46,626 nucleotides of DNA from Spirochaetota bacterium (GTDB taxonomy: Bacteria; Spirochaetota; JAHITG01): the NCBI GenBank assembly GCA_018817865.1, contig JAHITG010000292.1:1-46626 (forward strand), given 5' to 3'. The notes below the pieces were generated by a model. The model was not told the origin of the DNA, did not search any database, and was given only the letters and a program-made list of their open reading frames with translations. The translations under genes were made by a program, and so were the position numbers. Positions 34,695 through 44,077 of this stretch are shown here, in pieces. Every line of letters begins with the position of its first letter. Within the stretch, counting starts at the first letter, position 1.

Positions 34695-36653
34695 TCATTT
34701 ATTTATTGCTTCAATTTTTTTCAGAATGTACATGGATGTTTTATCCAGCAGTAAAAAGAGGTTTTTATCTACACTTCCCTGGATCTGATCGGTGACCAGG
34801 ATCTCTCCGCTGTCGATATTGACCAGGCTGATATTTATTCTTAAACCACCTTTACTGTAAATATAGCTTCCTGTAATCAGGGTGTCGATATTCCAGAATT
34901 CCTTTAAAAGTTTTACCAGATCACTTTTTTTAAAGTCGGAATTTTTTACGGAGAGTGCTCCTATTCTATTCTTAATGATCCTTCGGTCTATTACCTTTAA
35001 GTTCTTCTGCCTGGCCAGGTGCGTAGCTATGGATTCGGGAATGGTGTTCGAAAGGTATCCGAAATCTTTGATCCGGGATGTGTTTTCAAAATTGAAGAGG
35101 GCGATCCGTCTGATCTTCTGATCAGCTGTTTCATCGGATCTGATCAGCTTCTGCATCTTTAATTCCTGTTTTGCTTTTTCCAGCTCCAGCCGGGTCTTTA
35201 CTTCTATGTTCTCCGGATCGATCCGGAGTGCTTCTCCCCATTCTTTGATGGCTTCTGAATGCCCTTCTTTGATGCTGGCATCCAGCCCGCTGAAATAGTG
35301 ATCCTCAAATTTTTCTTTTTCTTCTTCCTTCCATCGTTTCAGGAGGATCTGGTACTTGTATCCATCCAGGCCTTTCTCTTTTTTATACAGTTTGTAAGAG
35401 ATCCTGTCTTTTTGTACATCCTTTTCCATTAAATACTTGCATATCAGTAAGGCCTGTTCTTTTAATTCTTCCAGGTTCTGCTTCCTGTTTGTGATCGGGG
35501 TCATGGCAATGACATTTTTATAATCCTCATCTTTTATCAGTTTCGCGATCTGATCCAGTATTTTCGTTGTTTCTGTATCAAGCATAGATCCGTCTTTACC
35601 GGTTAATTCAGACTTGTTTATCTTGAAAGATATCTCATCCCGCGTTTCTCTGATCACGATATTTCTGTTTTTGTATTGCTCGATCTTCTCCTCACTATAT
35701 GTACGTACTGGAGCCAAGAGCAGGGTCATCTGCAGAAAATGGGATGTCCCTTCCTCAAGCAGAGAGATCCCGTAATCAAGCCTGATCCCGGCTTTACCTA
35801 AAAAGCGGGTTTGCAGAAGATCATCTTTTCCGATCCCAATTCCGAAATTAATTCTGTCCTCATCTCTGCCGAAGAGGTAGTATCCGCCTCTTAAAAAGAG
35901 AACGTCCAGGTAGCCCAGCTCCAGTCCTGCTGAAATATATTGGCTATTGTATTTGGAAAGGAAGGTATAGGTGCTTCCCAGTTTTGCTTCAATTGTATTA
36001 AAAATTTTCAGGAATTTATAGACAAACCCGGTATAGACCGAAACAGGATATGTATATGCTCTCTGGTCGAATCCGGTCTTAATGATATTCAGATTTTGTA
36101 CTCCCAGACCCATGTTCAAGTTTCTTTTTTCATTGATGTTGATCCCTTTTACTGTTACGGGTATGATCCCCGAGAGACCTGCACCCAGCCAGTTTCCGGT
36201 ATATCCTCCCAGATCTGTGGACATATATTTTAGATTGGCTCCCAGAAGGATATTTTTAAATATCTCCCTGCCATATCCCAGATTGAGCATTATCTCAGAA
36301 CTGGAAACATCCCCCAGGATATTTCCGCTTGGATCATAATTTTTTATTGCATCCAGGGAGCCGAAGATGATCGTACCGCCGATCACACCCAGTTTTGTAT
36401 CAGCGGCACAGCCTATCCTCTGGATGGTGAGCGTATCCTGCCATCGTAAATAATTAAAGCTGATAGTATGACCATTTAGACCGGCCAGGGAAGCGGGAAA
36501 AATGTCAATATTATTTTGATCACTCCTCTCCACAAGCAGTGATTCGGCTGTTCCATATAGTCGGCTGTTGTAATGGGGGAAATCCAGTAAAATAGCTGCT
36601 TGAATGAGCGCTGTCTGGCATAAAAAACAGATGATAATGATGATCTTTTTCAT
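34695..36653 (-). CDS. Fusion protein: PorV/PorQ-family barrel + OmpA-like segment + TPR-like segment + C-terminal LpoB/CsgG/TolB-N-like alpha/beta domain (652 aa)
   Basis: The barrel region is paralogous to 29109-31481: FPASLAGLNGHTISF...GYGREIFKNILLGANLKYMSTDLGG versus NPGGLAFIKGYEISF...SFGREFFNMVGIGANVKYIKSSMG. The middle segment is ISFKINKSELTGKDGSMLD...ILDQIAKLIKD. The C-terminus is IALFNFENTSRIKDFGYLSNTIPESIATHL...TLITGSYIYSKGGLRINISLVNIDSGEIL. Confidence 0.65.
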   Translation of the reverse strand: MKKIIIIICFLCQTALIQAAILLDFPHYNSRLYGTAESLLVERSDQNNIDIFPASLAGLNGHTISFNYLRWQDTLTIQRIGCAADTKLGVIGGTIIFGSLDAIKNYDPSGNILGDVSSSEIMLNLGYGREIFKNILLGANLKYMSTDLGGYTGNWLGAGLSGIIPVTVKGININEKRNLNMGLGVQNLNIIKTGFDQRAYTYPVSVYTGFVYKFLKIFNTIEAKLGSTYTFLSKYNSQYISAGLELGYLDVLFLRGGYYLFGRDEDRINFGIGIGKDDLLQTRFLGKAGIRLDYGISLLEEGTSHFLQMTLLLAPVRTYSEEKIEQYKNRNIVIRETRDEISFKINKSELTGKDGSMLDTETTKILDQIAKLIKDEDYKNVIAMTPITNRKQNLEELKEQALLICKYLMEKDVQKDRISYKLYKKEKGLDGYKYQILLKRWKEEEKEKFEDHYFSGLDASIKEGHSEAIKEWGEALRIDPENIEVKTRLELEKAKQELKMQKLIRSDETADQKIRRIALFNFENTSRIKDFGYLSNTIPESIATHLARQKNLKVIDRRIIKNRIGALSVKNSDFKKSDLVKLLKEFWNIDTLITGSYIYSKGGLRINISLVNIDSGEILVTDQIQGSVDKNLFLLLDKTSMYILKKIEAINK

Positions 36654-38692
36654 TTTATTAAATAGAACATGGCCCTCTTATTATTGATCCTGACGCTATA
36701 CTGTCCGGGGGGAAGAAATCTAAGGTTCTGTACATCATATTCATAAGCACCGGTGCTTAAGTCAGCACCATTGATCTCCTTTACAATATCTCCCCTCAGG
36801 TTGCAGATCCGGATATCCGTATCCTGCTTTCCGTTCCTGTATACGATGATCATTCTGGTGACTTCATCTGGTTTTACCATGGTAGGATAGACAGCTATAT
36901 CCTCTGCTCCTTTTAGAACCGTATAAAGTGCCTGATTGGTTTTACTCATATTATAGTATCGGTCCCTTGCGTAATAGGAAAGGGTGTATTCATATCCGGC
37001 AGAGAGAGGGATATCCAATGTTGCCGTTCCTGAAAGAGTCCTGTCAGCAACATTATTGCGAAAGACCGTAACAAATATAATGGCTGTTGTATCGACAACG
37101 GTCATACTCTGATCTTGAAAAACCGAAAATCGAAGGATGATATCACCAAAGTATTTCCCGGGTAATTTGTCCGGGGCAACCGAAGGGGAGATATATTCCT
37201 GAGGTTTGATAAAGCCGGACTCCAGCCACCCCATGTCCGGATCAAAACTGAAAAAAGCATCCGTGATCCCGGGAATGTTGGTGCCGCTGTCGATCACCGG
37301 GCTCTGTCCGAAGATGATGCGGTAATCACCCGTTGTATCTAAAAACGGGTTTTCAGTGATATTATGACTGCCCCAGAGGACCGGGCCGTTGGTCAGGTCT
37401 GTTCCGTTCCCGTAAAAGTCATTGTAATCTGCATATACGCTTCCCATGCTGGCATTTGAGATGCCGAAAAATGTATTGGAGAGAATAATGTTATTGAAAA
37501 GGAAACCGCTTGTATCATTTTTCCAGATTAGGCCGTTTGGTGAAAGAGAGATCGTATTATTGATCACTGCTAAATTTGTTACACTGCTTTCACAATAGAT
37601 TCCCGAGCGGTTGTTGCTAATGATAAGATTTCTATATATTATATTACTGTTCCCATGCTGTGCATAAATGCCGTCATACTGATTTTGGATGATCTGATTG
37701 TATTTTATAATATTATTTGTGGCTTGAAATAACCTGATGCCATAATCCTGTTGATTACCGGTACAGCGGATTATGTTCGATACGATCGATGCGGAATACA
37801 TGCCGTCCTCAATATATATTCCGCCCCAGTAACTGTCACCTATTAGTGAGTTGCCTCTGATCCGGAGGCCTCTTGTGCCTGAAACACGAATCCCGGTACG
37901 GCTGTTGTACAACAGCTGATTATTTTCCACCAGGCCGTTGTCAGAGCCAATATCGATACCATCCAGGCCTTTCATTATTGTATTATTCATAATATGGGCA
38001 GACTGGCCTCCGCTTATGATCGATTGAGATTTCATGTTGGATATGAAATTATTAATGATGTAATTATTAGTTGAACTATCGAAAAATATACTTACTAAAA
38101 GATCATAAAAAGAATTTGAGGCTATTATATTATTATCACTGAATGCCATGCGGATTCCGTAACTATTGGTTGATGGCCCAAAGAGATTGGAGGCAATGAA
38201 ATTATTATCTGAGTCTAAACCTTGAATTAAAACACAATAGAAATTGGAAAAAAGCGTGTTTTTAACAATAATGTTATAAGCAGAATTATTATCTATATAG
38301 ATTCCTTCATTTATTGCATTTTTGATGATAAACCCTTTGATCCTGATATAACTTTTACCATCCAGGTGAAAACATTCTGTTGATCCTGTTCCGTCCACTG
38401 TGGCCTGCCTTTCCTCGTATGCCGTAAAAGTGATATAATTCCCGGGATTTCCACTGTTGGGTATTTTAATCTGTTCGTTATAAATGCCGTTGGAAACAAT
38501 GACAGTGTCCCCGGCAAAGGCATTGGTGGCGGCATGTCCGATCGTCTGCCAGGCCTGGGCCCAGTTGGTCCCGTCAGCTATGTTAGAGCCGTTCGTCTTT
38601 ACATAAAAGAGTGTGGCATAGGATGGGACTGTTTCAACAACAGCGAGTAAAATGATAAAGGGAAAAAACAGAATAGATTTGAGCCGGGACAT
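36650..38692 (-). CDS. Right-handed parallel beta-helix (pectate-lyase-fold/NosD-like) surface protein with T9SS-type CTD (680 aa)
   Basis: It has many N/I/G-rich approximately 22-aa turns (NNIIASNSF, NNYIINNFIS, NIIYRNLIISNN, and others). The CTD reads RMIIVYRNGKQDTDIRICNLRGDIVKEI...PGQYSVRINNKRAMFYLIK. It overlaps the downstream barrel gene by 4 nt. Confidence 0.75.
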   Translation of the reverse strand: MSRLKSILFFPFIILLAVVETVPSYATLFYVKTNGSNIADGTNWAQAWQTIGHAATNAFAGDTVIVSNGIYNEQIKIPNSGNPGNYITFTAYEERQATVDGTGSTECFHLDGKSYIRIKGFIIKNAINEGIYIDNNSAYNIIVKNTLFSNFYCVLIQGLDSDNNFIASNLFGPSTNSYGIRMAFSDNNIIASNSFYDLLVSIFFDSSTNNYIINNFISNMKSQSIISGGQSAHIMNNTIMKGLDGIDIGSDNGLVENNQLLYNSRTGIRVSGTRGLRIRGNSLIGDSYWGGIYIEDGMYSASIVSNIIRCTGNQQDYGIRLFQATNNIIKYNQIIQNQYDGIYAQHGNSNIIYRNLIISNNRSGIYCESSVTNLAVINNTISLSPNGLIWKNDTSGFLFNNIILSNTFFGISNASMGSVYADYNDFYGNGTDLTNGPVLWGSHNITENPFLDTTGDYRIIFGQSPVIDSGTNIPGITDAFFSFDPDMGWLESGFIKPQEYISPSVAPDKLPGKYFGDIILRFSVFQDQSMTVVDTTAIIFVTVFRNNVADRTLSGTATLDIPLSAGYEYTLSYYARDRYYNMSKTNQALYTVLKGAEDIAVYPTMVKPDEVTRMIIVYRNGKQDTDIRICNLRGDIVKEINGADLSTGAYEYDVQNLRFLPPGQYSVRINNKRAMFYLIK

Positions 38693-38888
38693 AGATAATA
38701 ATAATATACTTTAATATAATTATTTTTCAATAAAAAGGATATGAAGGCGTGAAACTGTGCAGGATCACATGAATCCGGTACCAGTCAGTATGAAACAGGG
38801 TTTCGATTCCCGGGTTTTAACAGCTGATAGTATCTTAAAAGAAATATGTAAGGATCCGGTGTATTCTTTATTATATAACTTGTTTCTA

Positions 38889-41800
38889 TTAAGCAACAGG
38901 ATTTTCTGCTTTTTTCTTCTTTTTTTCAATATCCCTATGGTAATCCTGTAATGATTTAACAGACGGTTTATTATCCTGACAGGCAGCAATTCCTTTGGCT
39001 GTGGCCCGGGCTGCTGCTAATGTTGTAATATAGGGGATCTTGAATTTAATAGCAGACTTGCGTATATAGGAATCATCATGTTGACTTAATTTTCCTATAG
39101 GCGTATTGATAACCAGCTGGATCTCACCGTTTTTAATACCATCAGTGATATTAGGCCGGCCTTCATGCTGTTTTAAAATGAGTTCAGATCCAATTTGATG
39201 TTCCTTTAAAAAATCATGGGTCCCCCGGGTGGCTTTTATCAAAAAGCCCATTTCAGAAAATTGTTTGGATATATCCAGTACCTGCTGATTCTTTTCTGCC
39301 ACGCTGATCAGCACACAGCCTTCCAGAGGAAGGGTCTGTTTGGCTGCTTCCTGGGCCTTGTAAAAGGCCAGGCCGAATGAGTTTGCCATACCCAGAACTT
39401 CTCCGGTTGACCGCATCTCAGGACCCAGAAGGGGGTCCACTTCAGGATACATATTAAATGGGAAGACCGCTTCCTTTACTCCAAAGTGGGGGATCACTGT
39501 TGGCTGAGTATCTATATCAGACAGCTCTTTTCCCAGCATGAGCTGTGTAGCTATACGAGCCATGGATATTCCGCATACCTTTGAAACAAGGGGGACTGTT
39601 CTTGATGCACGCGGATTAGCTTCTAATACATATACTTTATCTTTACAAATAGCGTATTGAATATTCATAAGCCCGACAACATTCAGTTCTTTAGCGATCT
39701 TTTTAGTATATTCATATATTGTATCAAGGTGTTTCTGCGGTATACTGACAGGAGGGATGACACAGGCTGAATCACCGGAATGAATACCGGCCAGCTCAAT
39801 ATGCTCCATGACTGCCGGAACAAACGCATCCTTCCCATCAGCGATCGCATCTGCTTCGGCCTCGATCGCGTCTTCCAGGAACTTATCGATCAGAATGGGA
39901 CGGTCAGGTGTAACACCTACGGCCCGGGAGACATACTCCTTCAGCATTTCTTCATCATATACTATTTCCATTCCCCGTCCTCCCAGCACATAAGAGGGGC
40001 GGACCATCAACGGGTAACCGATCTGATCCGCTATTTTTAATGCCTCTTTCAGGTTACTGGCCATTCCGGAATCTGCCATGGGAATACCCAGTTTCTCCAT
40101 CCTCTGACGAAAGCGGTCACGGTCTTCGGCAAGGTCGATGATATCAGGCGAAGTACCCAGGATCTTCACTCCGTTATCCTGGAGTTCATTTGCGATATTC
40201 AAAGGTGTCTGACCACCGAATTGAACGATAACCCCTTCCGGTTTTTCCTTCTCATAGATGCTCAGGACATCCTCGACTGTGAGCGGTTCAAAATAGAGCT
40301 TATCGGAAGTATCATAATCGGTGGAGACAGTCTCCGGATTGCAGTTTACCATGATCGTTTCAAGCCCTTCATCACGAAGAGTAAAAGCAGCATGAACACA
40401 GCAGTAATCAAACTCGATCCCCTGCCCGATACGGTTCGGTCCTCCGCCCAGCACCATCACTTTCCGCTTTTTACTGCTGGTGGTCTTATCCGGGGCATTA
40501 TACGTTGAAAAATAGTAGGCGGCATTTTCTACTCCGCTCACAGGTACCGGTTCCCATCCTTCCACTATGCCGATCTCTTTGCGTCTTTCTCTGATCTGTT
40601 TTTCAGGAATGTTTAAGATCTGTGACAGGTATCGATCAGCGAAACCGTCTTTTTTGGCCCGGGTCAAGAGATCATCCGGAAGCATCTTTCCTTTATGTTT
40701 TAATATCTTTTTTTCGAGATCAACCAGCTCTTTCATCTGTGTAATGAACCACGGTTTGATATAGGTCTTTTCATAAAGTTTTTCTATGGAGGCACCCTTT
40801 CGGAGCGCTTCGTACATGATAAATTGCCGTTCGCTGGAAGGCCAGGAGAGCATATCCATCAGTTCATCCAGGCTCTTTTCATGAAAATCACGGGCAAATC
40901 CCAGTCCATATCGTTTGTTTTCAAGGGATCGGATCGATTTCTGAAAGGCTTCCTTGTAATTCTTGCCTATGCTCATGACTTCACCCACGGCTTTCATCTG
41001 AGTACCGAGTTTATCTTCTGCATTCTTGAATTTTTCAAAGGCCCACCGGGCAAATTTAACAACAACATAATCACCGGAGGGAGTATATTTTTCCAGTGTT
41101 CCGTCCCGCCAGTACGGGATCTCATTCATGGTCATACCACCGGCCAGTTTGGAAGAGACCAGGGCAATAGGGAACCCCGTGGCTTTTGAGGCCAGGGCTG
41201 ATGAACGTGATGTCCTGGGGTTGATCTCGATAACAACCACGCGTCCGGTTTTCGGATCATGGGCAAACTGAACATTTGTTCCGCCGATCACCTTTATAGC
41301 TTCCACTATCCGGTAGGAATAATCCTGCAGTTTTTTCTGGAGTTTTTCATCTATTGTAAGCATGGGTGCCGTACAATAGGAATCTCCGGTATGAACACCC
41401 ATGGCATCCACATTTTCAATAAAACAGACTGTGATCATCTGGTTCTTTGCATCACGGACCACTTCCAGTTCCAATTCCTCCCATCCTAATACTGATTCCT
41501 CAATGAGGATCTGGCCGATCATGCTGGCTGCGATCCCCCGATTCGCTATCGTGCGTAATTCTTCACCATTAAAGACAATGCCTCCCCCTGTTCCTCCCAT
41601 CGTGTAGGCAGGCCGGACAACAACGGGATAGCCGAGTTCTAATGCTGCTTTTTCCGCATCTTCAACGCTGTAGACCGCCTTACTCTTCGGAATATCTATC
41701 CCCAGATTTGTCATGGTCTCCTTAAAGGCAATGCGGTCTTCCCCTCGTTCAATGGCATCGATCTCTACACCGATGACTCTTACTCCGTACTTCTTTAAGA

Positions 41801-42119
41801 CACCTGCTTTTGAAAGTTCTGAGCTGAGGTTCAGACCTGATTGTCCCCCGAGGTTAGGCAGAAGAGCATCAGGGCGTTCTTTTTCTATGATCTTTGTAAT
41901 GACTTCGACTGTAAGCGGTTCAATATATGTAATATCAGCTGTCCCCGGGTCGGTCATGATCGTGGCAGGATTTGAATTTACCAGAATGATCTTATAACCT
42001 AATCCGCGAAGGGCTTTACAGGCCTGGGTCCCGGAATAATCAAATTCACAGGCCTGGCCGATCACAATAGGGCCGGAACCGATGATCAAAACTTTATCAA
42101 TATCTGGTAATTTTGGCAT
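38889..42119 (-). CDS. carB: Carbamoyl-phosphate synthase large subunit
   Basis: This is a full-length 1076-aa protein with both ATP-grasp halves (IIGSGPIVIGQACEFDYSGTQA; VLGGGPNRIGQGIEFDYCCVHA) and an MGS-like C-terminal domain. Confidence 0.95.
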   Translation of the reverse strand: MPKLPDIDKVLIIGSGPIVIGQACEFDYSGTQACKALRGLGYKIILVNSNPATIMTDPGTADITYIEPLTVEVITKIIEKERPDALLPNLGGQSGLNLSSELSKAGVLKKYGVRVIGVEIDAIERGEDRIAFKETMTNLGIDIPKSKAVYSVEDAEKAALELGYPVVVRPAYTMGGTGGGIVFNGEELRTIANRGIAASMIGQILIEESVLGWEELELEVVRDAKNQMITVCFIENVDAMGVHTGDSYCTAPMLTIDEKLQKKLQDYSYRIVEAIKVIGGTNVQFAHDPKTGRVVVIEINPRTSRSSALASKATGFPIALVSSKLAGGMTMNEIPYWRDGTLEKYTPSGDYVVVKFARWAFEKFKNAEDKLGTQMKAVGEVMSIGKNYKEAFQKSIRSLENKRYGLGFARDFHEKSLDELMDMLSWPSSERQFIMYEALRKGASIEKLYEKTYIKPWFITQMKELVDLEKKILKHKGKMLPDDLLTRAKKDGFADRYLSQILNIPEKQIRERRKEIGIVEGWEPVPVSGVENAAYYFSTYNAPDKTTSSKKRKVMVLGGGPNRIGQGIEFDYCCVHAAFTLRDEGLETIMVNCNPETVSTDYDTSDKLYFEPLTVEDVLSIYEKEKPEGVIVQFGGQTPLNIANELQDNGVKILGTSPDIIDLAEDRDRFRQRMEKLGIPMADSGMASNLKEALKIADQIGYPLMVRPSYVLGGRGMEIVYDEEMLKEYVSRAVGVTPDRPILIDKFLEDAIEAEADAIADGKDAFVPAVMEHIELAGIHSGDSACVIPPVSIPQKHLDTIYEYTKKIAKELNVVGLMNIQYAICKDKVYVLEANPRASRTVPLVSKVCGISMARIATQLMLGKELSDIDTQPTVIPHFGVKEAVFPFNMYPEVDPLLGPEMRSTGEVLGMANSFGLAFYKAQEAAKQTLPLEGCVLISVAEKNQQVLDISKQFSEMGFLIKATRGTHDFLKEHQIGSELILKQHEGRPNITDGIKNGEIQLVINTPIGKLSQHDDSYIRKSAIKFKIPYITTLAAARATAKGIAACQDNKPSVKSLQDYHRDIEKKKKKAENPVA

Positions 42120-42339
42120 GATCTTTACTCCTCATGAACAGGGAATGAATGAATTTTATTATATTTGTATTGATACATTGACAATACTGAAGAGAGTTTT
42201 TAATATTTAATTTACTGTCTTTAATACCGTGCTTAAACATAATTTTCATAATAGTAATATTTTTAAGAATGCTGTCAATTGTTTTTTGAAATCTTTTCCT
42301 GATGAAACAGGCCCGGATCTCCCCTGCCATATAATTGAA

Positions 42340-42367
42340 TTGACTTTTAACATATTTTTTCTATATT
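42340..42367 (+). promoter_or_regulatory. Promoter TTGACT-N16-TATATT; predicts a leaderless or near-leaderless mRNA for the peptidase gene
   Basis: The -35 is at 42340-42345 and the -10 at 42362-42367. The ATG at 42377 lies only about 10 nt after the -10, and there is no spaced SD. Confidence 0.45.
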
Positions 42368-42376
42368 AGAATAGAG

Positions 42377-43594
42377 ATGAGAAAATATTATTTTCGATCT
42401 TTTTCTGCTGTCCTGTTCATATTCCTGCTGCTGTTATCTCCTTTAAATAATTCGTATTCCAGTGATAAAAAAGGGCAACCGACACTTGATGATGTTAAAA
42501 AATACATTGACGGGAAGGATTTTGGAGGAGAAGTAAAAAAAGATGCTCCCCGGGATCTGGAAAAAGATGATAACCTTTTTTCAGGATCATCCGGAGAGAC
42601 CAAACAGACAGGAAGATCGATCACTTTTCCCGATGCGGATAGAAATGATATAAAAAGATACTGTGAAGCTTATACCGTAATGGCCGAGGCGGACGATGAA
42701 GCCGGTGCCTCAATGGTATTGAAAGATGTTGTGAATATCCTGAAAGAGAAGGGATATGATGAAGGGATGAAAAAAGATGTTGCGAATAAATTAAACCTCA
42801 CGGGAGACAGGAAAGATATTTGGATGGATCATAATATACTCATCGCAGGAGGGAACAGGGATTTTTCCGATACAGAGGTGAAACTTATAAAAGAGGCCCT
42901 TCAGCAGCTTCCTGAAGCGGTCTTTAAAAACGTCAGGGTCATCAGCGCCGTTGATGTGGACAGCAAGGATGAAGATACAGGTTTTGCGGGCAGAGTACCT
43001 TCCGGCGGCGTTATTGAAATGAATGATTTTTCAAAAAAATTTAACAAAGAGAATGAAGGTTTCATCCACACCCTCCTGCACGAGATTGGGCATACAGGAG
43101 ACAAAAGTGTTGATAAGGATGCTATCCCCATACTCTCGGACAAACAGGCAGCCCAGTGGGAAGATCTTTGGGAAAATTCTACAGGATACGCTGATTATGC
43201 AAGTCAATATGCGCAAAAGAATATAAAGGAGGACTTTGCTGAAACCTTTCAGGAGTATCATAAGGACACAAAGAGTTTTTTCCTGCATGCGGTATTAACT
43301 TCTTCACGATCCCAGAGAGATATATTACTTCAGAAATTTGAGAACATTACACAGGCGTACAGGCATACGGGAGAAGACGGAAAAGAGTATATATATGAGT
43401 TTTATGTGGATGATTACGGAAAGATCCATCAGAAGGAGGTGCCTCTCTCTCATAGAAGGATAAACGGAAAGATCTATTCCTTACCTTCATATCCTCAAAC
43501 AGAGGGAATGAGGCCGCCTGTCCCCTTTCGAAGGGTTCAGGAATCCACAGAAGATATTATCAACAGGGAACTCGACAGTATAACCGAAAAGTAA
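42377..43594 (+). CDS. Secreted zinc metallopeptidase, ATLF/PPEP-like gluzincin pattern (405 aa)
   Basis: It has a signal peptide (FSAVLFIFLLLLSPLNNSYS). It has HExxH in LLHEIGHTGD and a downstream third-ligand-type motif, KEDFAETFQEY, as in lethal-factor-like (M34-type) peptidases. Confidence 0.55.
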   Translation: MRKYYFRSFSAVLFIFLLLLSPLNNSYSSDKKGQPTLDDVKKYIDGKDFGGEVKKDAPRDLEKDDNLFSGSSGETKQTGRSITFPDADRNDIKRYCEAYTVMAEADDEAGASMVLKDVVNILKEKGYDEGMKKDVANKLNLTGDRKDIWMDHNILIAGGNRDFSDTEVKLIKEALQQLPEAVFKNVRVISAVDVDSKDEDTGFAGRVPSGGVIEMNDFSKKFNKENEGFIHTLLHEIGHTGDKSVDKDAIPILSDKQAAQWEDLWENSTGYADYASQYAQKNIKEDFAETFQEYHKDTKSFFLHAVLTSSRSQRDILLQKFENITQAYRHTGEDGKEYIYEFYVDDYGKIHQKEVPLSHRRINGKIYSLPSYPQTEGMRPPVPFRRVQESTEDIINRELDSITEK

Positions 43595-43624
43595 AAAATA
43601 TACTTTTATACAGGTAAAAAAGAT

Positions 43625-44029
43625 ATGTTTAAGAATAAAAAAATAATATTATTTTCCGGAATCATTCTCATTGCTGCTGCAGGCGTTATCTTTTTTTTAA
43701 ACCGGGGAGTCTTTATGAAGAAACAAGGCAGGCTCAAACCACTTACCTATCTGAAGGTCGAATTCCTCAAGATCGACCGGGAAGGAGGATCTGCAGGTGA
43801 ATTGGCAGGTACAGCCGTCTGGAAGGATGGAAAAATGGCGTTGAACATAAAGGATCCGGAACTTGAAAAGATACTTAAAGCTCCGTTCAGGACCATGACT
43901 GGCGAAGAAGTAAAAGGAAAGATGGAGACCCGCTTTCTAACCCTTGAGCCTGGAACACCCGAACACCTCCTTGAAGTGGCCAGGCAGGCCCGCGGTTATG
44001 TCGGGATCATACACGAAGAAGAGAAATAA
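43625..44029 (+). CDS. Small membrane-anchored hypothetical protein (134 aa)
   Basis: It has an N-terminal TM helix (IILFSGIILIAAAGVIFFL) and a soluble domain with no motif I recognise. It starts 30 nt after the peptidase gene. Confidence 0.45.
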   Translation: MFKNKKIILFSGIILIAAAGVIFFLNRGVFMKKQGRLKPLTYLKVEFLKIDREGGSAGELAGTAVWKDGKMALNIKDPELEKILKAPFRTMTGEEVKGKMETRFLTLEPGTPEHLLEVARQARGYVGIIHEEEK

Positions 44030-44035
44030 CCGGTG

Positions 44036-44056
44036 CCGGTGCGTGACTTTGTGATA
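44036..44056 (+). repeat. Copy of the GGTGCGTGAC(A/T)TTGTGA(C/T)A repeat (left flank of TA island)
   Basis: CCGGTGCGTGACTTTGTGATA compared with 4141-4160 CGGTGCGTGACATTGTGACA matches at 18/20. It is in the same orientation as the copy at 46549-46567. Confidence 0.8.
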
Positions 44057-44077
44057 CTTTATCAGGAAAGCAAATAT

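Noticed and set aside
38757-38989. Two short ORFs (64 aa +, 74 aa -) at the carB 3' end/intergenic region, and 42097-42330 (-) 77 aa upstream of carB
   Set aside because: They overlap carB or promoter DNA. They are AT-rich with low-complexity composition and no RBS.
38889-42119. carB standing alone without carA, between accessory surface genes
   Set aside because: Split carA/carB loci are common, and the gene is intact and ordinary. It is not evidence of anything unusual.
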